The notes under the pieces: model-generated
The model's input: the letters and a program-made list of their open reading frames with translations, nothing else
Told to the model about the DNA's origin: nothing
The model's database searches: none
Made by a program: the position numbers and the translations under genes
NCBI GenBank assembly: GCA_023431185.1
Contig: JAEYXS010000065.1
Span: forward strand, 142,057 to 206,056
Length of the DNA: 64,000 nucleotides
Source of the DNA: Verrucomicrobiota bacterium
Lineage (GTDB): Bacteria > Verrucomicrobiota > Verrucomicrobiia > Limisphaerales > JAEYXS01
Direction: 5' to 3'
Shown: one piece after another, positions 1 to 9,053 of the stretch
Position numbering within the stretch: position 1 is the first letter of the stretch
How the letters are laid out: the number at the start of each line of letters is the position of its first letter

Positions 1-33
1 TACTTTGACCGTGAAAGCCCAACGGAGTTTCTT

Positions 34-279
34 ATGTCCGCGTGCTGGCTGGTCGGGTCATTTCTTTTGTTCATCTGGTTTGTGGCCCTGCTTTCCGGGC
101 AGTGCCAGAACTGGCTGCTGGAAAGAGAGCTTTACCCCCAGCCTGAACAGACCTCGCTGGCGGATGTGAGACAGTTGATGAGAAGCGGATGTCGCAAGGA
201 AGCCATCCTGCGTTACCGGGAAAAGTTTCCGCAGGTTGATTTGCGGGAAGCGGTGTATGCGGTGGATAGTTTGCAGTGA
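34..279 (+). CDS. small membrane-anchored protein with ribosomal L7/L12 C-terminal-domain-like segment (hypothetical)
   Basis: ATG ORF of 81 aa. N-terminal hydrophobic helix (WLVGSFLLFIWFVALLSG). C-terminal KEAILRYREKFPQVDLREAVYAVDSL resembles the K-I-x-x-I-K-x-x-R-E-x-T-G-L-G-L-K-E-A-K-x-x-V motif of L7/L12 CTD. A tandem paralog follows. Confidence 0.5.
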   Translation: MSACWLVGSFLLFIWFVALLSGQCQNWLLERELYPQPEQTSLADVRQLMRSGCRKEAILRYREKFPQVDLREAVYAVDSLQ

Positions 280-337
280 GGGATTCTTTGGCGGGACAAT
301 ATCTGTCTCCTGCTGAACCTAAAAACAGCGAACGCTT

Positions 338-586
338 ATGACTCTGGACTATTTTGCTGTAGTTTTATTTTTCATCGTTCTTTTTTGCCAGCTTCGTCAA
401 TGGCAACGGAAGCGTGCGTTACGCCGCCAGGGAATCTACCCGCAGCCCGGCCAAGCATCCATTTCGGACGTGGAAAGGTTGCTCAAAGCAGGTTACCGGA
501 TCGAAGCGCTAATGTGTTACCGGGAAGTTTTTCCACGTGCTGGGTTGGCAGAGGCTAAAGCAGCTGTAGATGCTTTAAAGCACTAG
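338..586 (+). CDS. paralog of the preceding small membrane-anchored L7/L12-CTD-like protein
   Basis: ATG ORF of 82 aa. TM helix FAVVLFFIVLFC, then RIEALMCYREVFPRAGLAEAKAAVDAL. Shares YPQP-Q-S--DV--L---G-R-EA---YRE-FP---L-EA--AVD-L with ORF 34..279. Confidence 0.5.
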   Translation: MTLDYFAVVLFFIVLFCQLRQWQRKRALRRQGIYPQPGQASISDVERLLKAGYRIEALMCYREVFPRAGLAEAKAAVDALKH

Positions 587-836
587 CAAAACCCCTTAAT
601 TTTTTCCTGACAGCACTTGTGGACAACCTCCTGTCTCACTTCTCGCTCACCGGCTGAAAATGTGAGGGCGGGGAATGTTGTGGAGCAGACTTTTGGACTT
701 TTTGAAATGGCATGAGCAGAGCCGTGAGGAGTGTTTTTGGCTTTCGCCGGAGGTGTAGGTACTGTTGTCATGCGTGTCAAAGAATGTCTTTTTGACCATG
801 CTTGATTTTAACCATTCGCAAAGCCATCTTCTTTCC

Positions 837-1868
837 ATGCGGCGTTTATCTCTATCCTTGTTGTTGTCCCTTTCGTGCCTGGCAGCGGTGGCCGCCGAGC
901 CCAAAGCTGCCCTGACGGTCATTGATCCCAAGAAAATCGCCGCCGTGAACAATTTCGAGCGCGGCATGCATCTGCTGGATATCGCCACGAGCGAAAAGGA
1001 ACGCACGGAGGCCACCGGGCTCATCACCGGAGCGGCTGAGTCCGGCTATCCGGATGCCCAGTTTTTCCTCGGCTTGGTCATGGAAACTTCGGATCCCGCC
1101 AAGGCACGCGAATGGTTCGTCAAAGCGGCGACGGCCGGCCATGTGCGGGCGGCGGCCAAGGCGGCGACCATGTTCGAGCAAGGCAAAGGCGGGGAAGCGG
1201 ATAAAGAGCAGGCCCTGAAGTGGCACCGGGTGGCGGCCGCTGGCGGCGTGTCCGAATCCGCCTTCAAAGTGGCCCGGGCCAAGGAAGTCAGTGGCAAGGG
1301 CAATCCGTCAGAAGCCCTCGCGCTCTACCAGAAGGCGGCGGCCACGGGCGACAGCGAGGCGAACATGCGCCTGGGCGATCTTTACTTCACCGGCGATGCC
1401 GGGGAACGCAATCTCTTCGAAGCGTTCAAATACTATCGCAACGCCGCGCAATTGAAGAACCCCAAGGCCTTTTTCAAGATGGGCTATTGTTATGAGCGCG
1501 GTCACGGCGTCGGCCAGAGCAATCAGGACGCCGTCTATTGGTACCAGCGCGGCGTGGATGCCGGTGAACTGAACTGCATCGCCAACATGGCCCGTTTTTA
1601 TGAAAATGGTTTGATCGTGGACAAGGATCCTGTCAAAGCGGCCCAGCTTTACCGGATCGCCGCCGAGCAAGGGGAAGCTTTTTCCCAGCTCAGCCTCGGC
1701 TCGCTCTATCGCACAGGTCAGGGCGTGAAGAAAGATCTGGTGGAAGCCTATCGCTGGACCAGCCTCGCGAGTTCTCGCGGCTTCGGTAAGGAAATCCTGG
1801 CCTTGCTCGAAAAAGAGATGACACCGGAGCAGATCAACGAAGCCAGGCAGCGCGCATCGAACAAGTAG
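837..1868 (+). CDS. secreted Sel1-like repeat (SLR) protein
   Basis: Start trimmed from the TTG at 765 to the ATG at 837, which gives signal peptide MRRLSLSLLLSLSCLAAVAA. Repeated A-x-x-W-[FY]-x-K-A-A-x-x-G-x-x-x-A motifs (AREWFVKAATAGH, ALKWHRVAAAGG, AVYWYQRGVDAGE, AYRWTSLASSRG). Confidence 0.8.
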   Translation: MRRLSLSLLLSLSCLAAVAAEPKAALTVIDPKKIAAVNNFERGMHLLDIATSEKERTEATGLITGAAESGYPDAQFFLGLVMETSDPAKAREWFVKAATAGHVRAAAKAATMFEQGKGGEADKEQALKWHRVAAAGGVSESAFKVARAKEVSGKGNPSEALALYQKAAATGDSEANMRLGDLYFTGDAGERNLFEAFKYYRNAAQLKNPKAFFKMGYCYERGHGVGQSNQDAVYWYQRGVDAGELNCIANMARFYENGLIVDKDPVKAAQLYRIAAEQGEAFSQLSLGSLYRTGQGVKKDLVEAYRWTSLASSRGFGKEILALLEKEMTPEQINEARQRASNK

Positions 1869-1940
1869 AACCTGTCAGGCACTTTCGACCAATAAATTGG
1901 CCTCTGGCCAGTTGAATACCCGGTCAGTGACGCAGGAAAT

Positions 1941-1990
1941 TTTCCCCTCTCCCCAAGGGAGGGGGCAGGGTGAGGGGGACGGGAACGTCC
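1941..1990. repeat. C/G-tract hairpin element, copy A (CCCTCTCCC-CAA-GGGAGGGGG followed by GGGTGAGGG)
   Basis: A 9-bp stem (one G-U) with a 3-nt loop lies in the 188-bp gap between convergent genes. An inverted, roughly 70-75% similar copy lies at 42641..42690. Confidence 0.5.
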
Positions 1991-2056
1991 CCCGGCGAAT
2001 ACAGCATCCATTCTTTTACACCGCCTGCTTTCCGGTTCTATTTTCCAGCACAGCCT

Positions 2057-3469
2057 CTACGGATGTGGTGAGCGGGTGGCTTCCTCCAGCCAGTTCAATG
2101 CGCCGTCATGGTCGGTGAACTTGCCTTCCAATTGCGCTTCAAACGCCGCTTCCAGTATCCGGCCGAATTCCTTGCCCGGTGACATCCCGCGCGCGATGAG
2201 ATCGCGTCCTTGCAGGATCGGCTTGGGCGCGGCGGCTTGCAGGCTCAACTCACCCGCTTTCGCCAGCAATTCCTTGGCTCCTTTCGGCAGTCCCGGCGGC
2301 TTCGGTGGACGTCCGCTGTGATCCGCTTCAATGACGAGGCATAAACCTTCAATCGTCTCCGGCTCCAGCCGTTTCGCCAGCCGCCGCACACCGCGATCTG
2401 ACGCCGGATTCAAGTGCGCCAGATGATTCATCACCAGCGGGATGACGCGTTCCCGGATGGCTGCGGGTGCCATGATGCGTTCCAAAAACTTCTCCGCCAC
2501 CGGTCCGCCTGCTTCCTCATGCCCGGGGGACACGATACGCCACACACCGTCCTTCAAGGCGCGCGCGGTGGTCTGCGGCTTGGCAAAATCATGCGCCAGG
2601 ATGGCCAGCATATAAACGATACGCGAGGTCTCATCCAGTTGCTGCCACGCAGGCAGGCGCGCCATGGCATCGCAGCAAAGACTTGTGTGCGTGAAGACAT
2701 CCCCCTCCGGATGCCACTCCGGTTCCTGCGGCACCCCGATCAGTGCCTGCACTTCGGGGAAGTGCTCGATCCAGCCGGTATCCCGCAGGAATTGCAAACC
2801 GCGCGCGGGCACGAGGCTTTTGGCCGCCCACTTGAACCACTCATCCCGCACGCGTTCCAAGGCCAGTTCGCGATACGTGTCCTTGATGCTGTGGCAGAGC
2901 TTTAGCGTTTCCGGCGCGGTCGTGAGGTTAAAGCGCGCCGCGAATTGCATCCCCCGCAGCACGCGCAAAGGATCTTCCACAAAGGCCGGACTCGTGTGCC
3001 GTAGGATGCGCTGCTTCAAGTCTGGTACACCGCCGTAGTAGTCCAGCAACGCGCCCTTGCGCGGGCTGAACATGAGCGAGTTGATGGTGTAATCCCGGCG
3101 GGCGGCTGCTTCCTCCGGTGTGATGCCCGGATCAAAGTTGATGGTGAAACCCTTGTGACCGGCGGCGATCTTGGAATCGCGTCGCGCCAGGGAGAAATCG
3201 TAAGTGTGGCCCGCTTGGGTCGTCAGCTTGGCGACACCAAAAGAGCGGCCAACAAGGTCCACCCGTCCCCAACGGGTGAGGGCTTTTTCCAGTTGCTCGT
3301 ATTTGAGCCCGAAGACTTCGATGTCGAAATCTTTTTGCGGCAGGCCCAGAAACCAGTCCCGTACGCACCCGCCCACCAGATACGCTTCCTGCAAGGCGTC
3401 TGTCTCCAGCAGAATACGCTCCAGCTCCGCGGGCAGCGGAGGTGTGCTGGTCGGTGGTGCGGCACTCAT
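2057..3469 (-). CDS. cca: CCA-adding tRNA nucleotidyltransferase with C-terminal HD phosphohydrolase domain
   Basis: 470 aa. PolyA-pol/CCA head motif GGCVRDWFLGLPQKDFDIEV, the RRD motif (ARRDYTINS), and an HD motif (LAILAHDFAKP). Confidence 0.85.
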   Translation of the reverse strand: MSAAPPTSTPPLPAELERILLETDALQEAYLVGGCVRDWFLGLPQKDFDIEVFGLKYEQLEKALTRWGRVDLVGRSFGVAKLTTQAGHTYDFSLARRDSKIAAGHKGFTINFDPGITPEEAAARRDYTINSLMFSPRKGALLDYYGGVPDLKQRILRHTSPAFVEDPLRVLRGMQFAARFNLTTAPETLKLCHSIKDTYRELALERVRDEWFKWAAKSLVPARGLQFLRDTGWIEHFPEVQALIGVPQEPEWHPEGDVFTHTSLCCDAMARLPAWQQLDETSRIVYMLAILAHDFAKPQTTARALKDGVWRIVSPGHEEAGGPVAEKFLERIMAPAAIRERVIPLVMNHLAHLNPASDRGVRRLAKRLEPETIEGLCLVIEADHSGRPPKPPGLPKGAKELLAKAGELSLQAAAPKPILQGRDLIARGMSPGKEFGRILEAAFEAQLEGKFTDHDGALNWLEEATRSPHP

Positions 3470-3515
3470 GGACTCTCCTTAATCTATCCGGCCAAAACTC
3501 CCAAGCAGCAATATC

Positions 3516-3965
3516 TCACTTGGCGGCGCGCAGTTTGGCCCGCAATTCCATCATCAGCACGCCCAGGCGGTTCTTGCCCTGTCCATCCGCGCCATCGCCC
3601 CAGTAACCGTCATTCGTGGTGTGCTCCACGATCTCGGCCTCGCCGGTGGCGAGCAACCTTTCGTGCAGGTGCGGATGCTGGGTGAACTTCGCCAGCAACG
3701 CCTCCCGCATCAGGTCCTCCTTCACCATCTCCCAGTCCGAGCGCATGGGGTGACTGCGGTCACGGCCCATCTGCGCGGCGGTTTGTGAGGAAGGCTCCTG
3801 CCGGATATTTTCCTCCAGCGCCGTGCCGGCAAATTTCTGGGCCTGGAAATAATGTTCCACGGTCGGCCAGGTCTTCCCGTGCAATTCGATGGGATGCGGC
3901 GAGTGATTGGAGAATTCTCCGTAGGCGTCTTCCACGCGGAAGAAATAGATCACCGGCTCACTCAT
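3516..3965 (-). CDS. NADAR (YbiA/DUF1768) family protein
   Basis: 149 aa. FSNHSPHPIELHGKTWPTVEHYFQAQKF and DGYWGDG are characteristic of the NADAR/YbiA family. The start overlaps the kptA stop by 4 nt. Confidence 0.8.
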   Translation of the reverse strand: MSEPVIYFFRVEDAYGEFSNHSPHPIELHGKTWPTVEHYFQAQKFAGTALEENIRQEPSSQTAAQMGRDRSHPMRSDWEMVKEDLMREALLAKFTQHPHLHERLLATGEAEIVEHTTNDGYWGDGADGQGKNRLGVLMMELRAKLRAAK

Positions 3966-4501
3966 AAGATGTACTTTGCAGGTACACTATCTGTGAGCCA
4001 GACCCCGTTTGCACTCAAAAAGAACGGATGCCCCTCTGCGTGCATTCTCCCGGCGGCGATCTGGAGAATCACCGGCTGGCCGCGCCGTTCACCCACTTTG
4101 GCGGCGGTTTTTACATCTGCTGAAAGATGCACATGATGCCGCTTGCCTTTGCGCAAACCCTCGCTGCCGATGGATTCCAGAAACTTTTCCACCGTGCCAT
4201 GAAAGAGGATTTCTGGTGGTGTTACGGGAGTCAGACCGAGATCCACTTCCACGGAGTGACCTTGGTTGGCCCGGATCCGCTGGCCATCTTCACTGAAAGC
4301 GAAACGTTTCTTATCGCTGGTGGCCACGATCTCAGCGAGATCGGTATAATGCAGAGTGATACCGTGCTGCTCGCAGGCCGTCACCAGGTCAATCACGGGC
4401 ACCCAGCCGGCTGCGTCCAAGGTGATGCCGATGCGTTCCGGCTCATGCCGCAATACCAGACTGAGAAACTTGCTTGTCTTGACCAGTTCCTTGGGGCTCA
4501 T
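3962..4501 (-). CDS. kptA: RNA 2'-phosphotransferase, Tpt1/KptA family
   Basis: Start trimmed to the ATG at 4501 (MSPKELVKTSKFLSLVLRHEPERIGITLDAAGWV...). Conserved SKxLSxxLRH, RIRANQGHS and HGT...HVHL motifs. The longer 259-aa reading overlaps the upstream Sel1 gene and is R/K-rich junk. Confidence 0.85.
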   Translation of the reverse strand: MSPKELVKTSKFLSLVLRHEPERIGITLDAAGWVPVIDLVTACEQHGITLHYTDLAEIVATSDKKRFAFSEDGQRIRANQGHSVEVDLGLTPVTPPEILFHGTVEKFLESIGSEGLRKGKRHHVHLSADVKTAAKVGERRGQPVILQIAAGRMHAEGHPFFLSANGVWLTDSVPAKYIL

Positions 4502-4580
4502 CTCCAACGATTCCTTGCCCCGGATAATCTTGGAAACGGGTGGAATGGCAATGGCGAAATATGGTCTCTGACCGGAACGG

Positions 4581-5039
4581 TTACGCTTTGACCGCTTCCT
4601 TTGGCCGCATGCTGGCCAGGAGTTGCTTGGCTTCCTCGTTGCCTTGCTCGGCGGCAAGGTCGATCCAGCGCAGGGCTTCGCTTTCCGTGCCCTTCGGGCC
4701 TTTGCCACGTGCCAGGAACTTGCCGAGCAGCAATTGCGCATCCGGGCAGTTCTGTTCGGCGGCCATGCGCAGCCACTTGATGGATAGTGGATAATCCTTC
4801 GGCACGCCCCGGCCGGCGGAGTACATCACACCCAGATTATACTGGGCATCGCGATGACCCAGCTCGGCGGCACGGCCAAACCATTGGGCGGCCTTCATGG
4901 TGTCAGGGTCGCCCAGTTTGCCCTCGATGTAATAGACGGCCAGCCGGAACTGGGCTTCGCTGTCGCCCGTCTCGGCTTGCGTGCGGGTCTGACGGATCGC
5001 ATCTTCCGGATTCAGTGTCTTACGTAACCAACCAAACAT
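4581..5039 (-). CDS. Sel1-like repeat protein (cytoplasmic or N-terminally unprocessed)
   Basis: 152 aa. SLR motifs AAQWFGRAAELGHRDAQYNLGVMYSAGRGVPKD and SIKWLRMAAEQNCPDAQ. Confidence 0.75.
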   Translation of the reverse strand: MFGWLRKTLNPEDAIRQTRTQAETGDSEAQFRLAVYYIEGKLGDPDTMKAAQWFGRAAELGHRDAQYNLGVMYSAGRGVPKDYPLSIKWLRMAAEQNCPDAQLLLGKFLARGKGPKGTESEALRWIDLAAEQGNEEAKQLLASMRPKEAVKA

Positions 5040-5134
5040 GATTTATTCATAGCAGGTTGTTTGCCGTTCTCAGGCGGAAAAGCGGTAAAAATGGATCGAT
5101 ATAACCCGCTGTGCAGGAATTGTTTGGGTGAATT

Positions 5135-5938
5135 TCAGTAAAGCGCTGTGGAAAATGCCCGGTGGAAGCGTTCGGAAATGGGATGCCGGATGCCCAATAA
5201 CTGAAAGACGGCCTTGCAAGCACTTTTGGCGGCTTCGTTATGATACTTGCGATCGATGTGCAGGACCTTGATCCAGTTCTCCAAGGCAGTGGCGTAATCA
5301 AGCTGGGCGAGGGCCGTCAGAGCAGCCGCGAAGGCATCGCGGCCTTTGCCCGCAGGGATCTCGTTGGCGGTGAGGCGCAGTTGGGCGAGTTCGCGGAGGG
5401 CGTTGGCCTGGGTGGCGTGATCGGAGGCGTCGGTGATGGGTTTCAAGGTAATGCTGACGTCTGCGGGAGCCAACGCCAACTGACACTCAGCCATCAGCAA
5501 GGCGGCCGCTTCATCACCAGAGTCGAGCGCGAGGGCGTTCTCCAATAGTTTCACGGCTTCAGCGAGTAAGCCTTCGCTCACCAGTCGGCGGGCTTCTTTC
5601 ACCACACCGACGTTGGGCGAGGGGAGATGCTTGGCGAGCCACCGGCGCAGTTCGGCTTCGGGGTAGGCTCCCACGATCTCATGCACGACCTGCCCATGGA
5701 TGAAGAGCTTCATCGCCGGGATGCTGGAGATCTGGTATTCCATGGCCAGCTCGGGATGGGCCTCAGTATTCAGCTTCACGAGTTCCCAGCGGCCATGGGC
5801 TTCATCGGCGAGTTTTTCGAGGATGGGACCGAGCATCTTGCAAGGACCACACCAGGGCGCCCAGAAATCCACCAGGACCGGCACCTGCTGGCTGCGTTCC
5901 AAAACGTCTTTCGCAAAATCCTTCAGCTCGTAACTCAT
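5135..5938 (-). CDS. thioredoxin-domain protein with C-terminal TPR-like domain (YbbN/CnoX-like)
   Basis: 267 aa. VLVDFWAPWCGPCKMLGPILEKLA has an intact CGPC. The helical C-terminal half is as in the YbbN family. Confidence 0.8.
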   Translation of the reverse strand: MSYELKDFAKDVLERSQQVPVLVDFWAPWCGPCKMLGPILEKLADEAHGRWELVKLNTEAHPELAMEYQISSIPAMKLFIHGQVVHEIVGAYPEAELRRWLAKHLPSPNVGVVKEARRLVSEGLLAEAVKLLENALALDSGDEAAALLMAECQLALAPADVSITLKPITDASDHATQANALRELAQLRLTANEIPAGKGRDAFAAALTALAQLDYATALENWIKVLHIDRKYHNEAAKSACKAVFQLLGIRHPISERFHRAFSTALY

Positions 5939-5975
5939 AGCCTATAAGTAATGCGTAATGCGTGAGGCGTAAAGG

Positions 5976-6458
5976 TCACAGGAGGTTTTCTTGCGGCACA
6001 AGCGCAGCCTGATAGTCAGCCACGAGAAACTTTTTGCCCTTTTGGATGACCTTGTGGCCCTCGGCTTCGAGATGGGAGCGCAGGAATTCAATGCCGCCGG
6101 GATACTTCGGATTCAGTTCGCCACCGGCTTTCAAAGTGCGCCAGTAGGGGGTGATGCGTTGGCGTCCTTCCGCGGCGGCTTCGGCGGCGGCATGGGCCGC
6201 GATCCAGGAGAAGATGCCGGTGGTGATGGGACAGCCGACCTCCGTGCCGTGCTGGCGGGCGAGGGCGGCGCGGAGTTCATTGATGGTGACGAGCTTGCCC
6301 TTGGGCACCTTCTGCATGAGGGCATCCACTTCGCGCGGCGCAGGGACAACCAAGGTCGCGCCCTTCCATCGCGCACGATCAGCCGGCGCGATGTTCACGA
6401 CTTTGGGCAGATCCTTGTCATCGGCGAGTTTTTCGCGCCAGGTCTTGCGTGGTTTCAT
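5976..6458 (-). CDS. MGMT-family DNA-binding-domain protein (no PCHR catalytic motif)
   Basis: Start trimmed to the ATG at 6458 (the track start at 6464 is TTG). KGKLVTINELRAALARQHG...CPITTG...ITPYWRTLKAGGELN resembles the methyltransferase-1 DNA-binding fold. The active-site Cys motif is absent. Confidence 0.6.
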   Translation of the reverse strand: MKPRKTWREKLADDKDLPKVVNIAPADRARWKGATLVVPAPREVDALMQKVPKGKLVTINELRAALARQHGTEVGCPITTGIFSWIAAHAAAEAAAEGRQRITPYWRTLKAGGELNPKYPGGIEFLRSHLEAEGHKVIQKGKKFLVADYQAALVPQENLL

Positions 6459-6582
6459 AGGCAAAGCGGATTGTCATCGTGACAATATGAAGAGCCCGGG
6501 CAGTTGTCGAAATCAGAATGACGCCGGTGAGTTGAAATGGCTGGACAGTTCGTGGCTTGAACCGCAAAAGAGTTTCCACCGT

Positions 6583-6822
6583 ATGAGCAGCAGCAAGCCA
6601 TTGCCGGATGTGAAGTGTCCCAAGTGCCAAAAGCGGGGTCCCTGGCTGGCGGGCAAGTATGGTCCTTTCTGCTCGGACCGTTGCCGCTTGCTGGATCTGG
6701 GCCAGTGGCTGGATGAGGAGCACAAGGTTTCCGAACCCCTGAAACCGGAGCATTTCAAGGATTACGAGGAACTGCCCCCGGGCGAGTATCTGGACAAACC
6801 GGAGCGGGACAATGGCGAATGA
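6583..6822 (+). CDS. yacG: DNA gyrase inhibitor YacG (zinc finger)
   Basis: 79 aa from the ATG at 6583. The pattern CPKC-x15-PFCSDRCRLLDLGQW matches the YacG Zn-ribbon signature. The upstream part of track ORF 6151..6822 is antisense to the MGMT-like gene. Confidence 0.75.
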   Translation: MSSSKPLPDVKCPKCQKRGPWLAGKYGPFCSDRCRLLDLGQWLDEEHKVSEPLKPEHFKDYEELPPGEYLDKPERDNGE

Positions 6823-6980
6823 CCAACCCAAGCCATTCTGCCTTCGCTCATTCCTTTGGTATCTCAAAAATACAACGCTTCGCCGCTTGCTTCTGAAGTG
6901 ATTCAGGCGTAGTTAGAAAAGAGCGACAGCCCCGGCTGGTTTACCCGATACCAGTACGGTGAGTGCCGTGAAGCCCGATT

Positions 6981-7889
6981 ATGCCGGAGCCCACATCACA
7001 GGCCAGCCCAGCAAGCGCATCGAAGCGCTTCCAACCGCAATGGTTGCGTTGGTTGCTGCTGGCGACGCTCATCGTCTCGACTGCCGCGGTCACTTTCGCC
7101 CAGCGTTCCCGCGATCCCTATTCCCGTTCGCGCAGCAGCGATCCGCGCATGGGCGTGCCGGAGTGGGCGGTGGACAAGGAGTTGTCCAAAGACATCTTCA
7201 CCTTTGTGCGGTTGCAATATTCCTCGGCTGGCGGCCGTTATGGCCGTGGTGGATGGGGGGGGAACCGCTGGGCGATCGATTACCCGGATGCGGAGTTGAA
7301 TCTTTCTTACCGCTTGCAGGAGATGACCTCGCTCAAGGTCAATCCCAACCCCATCGTCTTGGAGATCACCAATCCCGACCTGTTGAACTACCCGTGGTGC
7401 TACATGGTGGAACCGGGAGCGTTGCAGTTCAGCGATGAAGAAGTGATTGCTTTGCGCAAGTATCTTTTGAACGGCGGATTCATGATGGTGGATGATTTCT
7501 GGGGGCCGGATGAGTGGGATAATTTTTATTACGAGATCAAGCGGGTGTTCCCAGATCGTGAACCGGTGGAGATACCCATGGATCATCCCATCTTCCATTG
7601 CGTGTTCCCGCTGAATCTGGAGAAGAACAACATGCAGGTGCCCAACGTGGGCACGGGTACGCAAAGCCAATATACCGGCCGGACTTGGGAGGATGATCGG
7701 GACCGGAACGTTCATTTCAAGGCCATCTCGGATGACAAAGGCCGCATGATGGTGATGATCTGCCATAATACCGACAATGGCGACGGTTGGGAGCGTGAGG
7801 GCGAGAATGAATATTACTTCCGGGAATTTTCCGAGAAGAAAGCCTTCCCGCTCGGCATCAACATCATCTTCTACGCGATGACGCACTGA
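6981..7889 (+). CDS. DUF4159-like membrane-anchored protein, first gene of the MoxR/Bat-type operon
   Basis: 302 aa with an N-terminal TM (WLRWLLLATLIVSTAAV). WAIDYPDAELNLSYRL...YPWCYMVEPG...LRKYLLNGGFMMVDDFWG is remembered as the DUF4159 pattern. Confidence 0.7.
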   Translation: MPEPTSQASPASASKRFQPQWLRWLLLATLIVSTAAVTFAQRSRDPYSRSRSSDPRMGVPEWAVDKELSKDIFTFVRLQYSSAGGRYGRGGWGGNRWAIDYPDAELNLSYRLQEMTSLKVNPNPIVLEITNPDLLNYPWCYMVEPGALQFSDEEVIALRKYLLNGGFMMVDDFWGPDEWDNFYYEIKRVFPDREPVEIPMDHPIFHCVFPLNLEKNNMQVPNVGTGTQSQYTGRTWEDDRDRNVHFKAISDDKGRMMVMICHNTDNGDGWEREGENEYYFREFSEKKAFPLGINIIFYAMTH

Positions 7890-8012
7890 CCGTACGAATG
7901 GACATCAAGCGACACGAATACGGACAGTGCGGCCAGCGTCAGTTTTCAAAACCATTCATCACACGCGGTGTTCACTCTTGGGTGAAGCATCTACCGGGGA
8001 AAGGAAGCAACA

Positions 8013-9047
<1,035 letters not shown>

Positions 9048-9053
9048 TAAACC

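Noticed and set aside
3962-4741. Long N-terminal extensions in the ORF track: KptA 259 aa, GT4 38846-40498, M20 41242-42756, YacG 6151-6822, Sel1 765, sulfatase 52582
   Set aside because: The extensions overlap neighbouring genes or intergenic repeat elements and are compositionally aberrant. Internal ATGs give canonical N-termini, signal peptides, or 4-nt overlaps.
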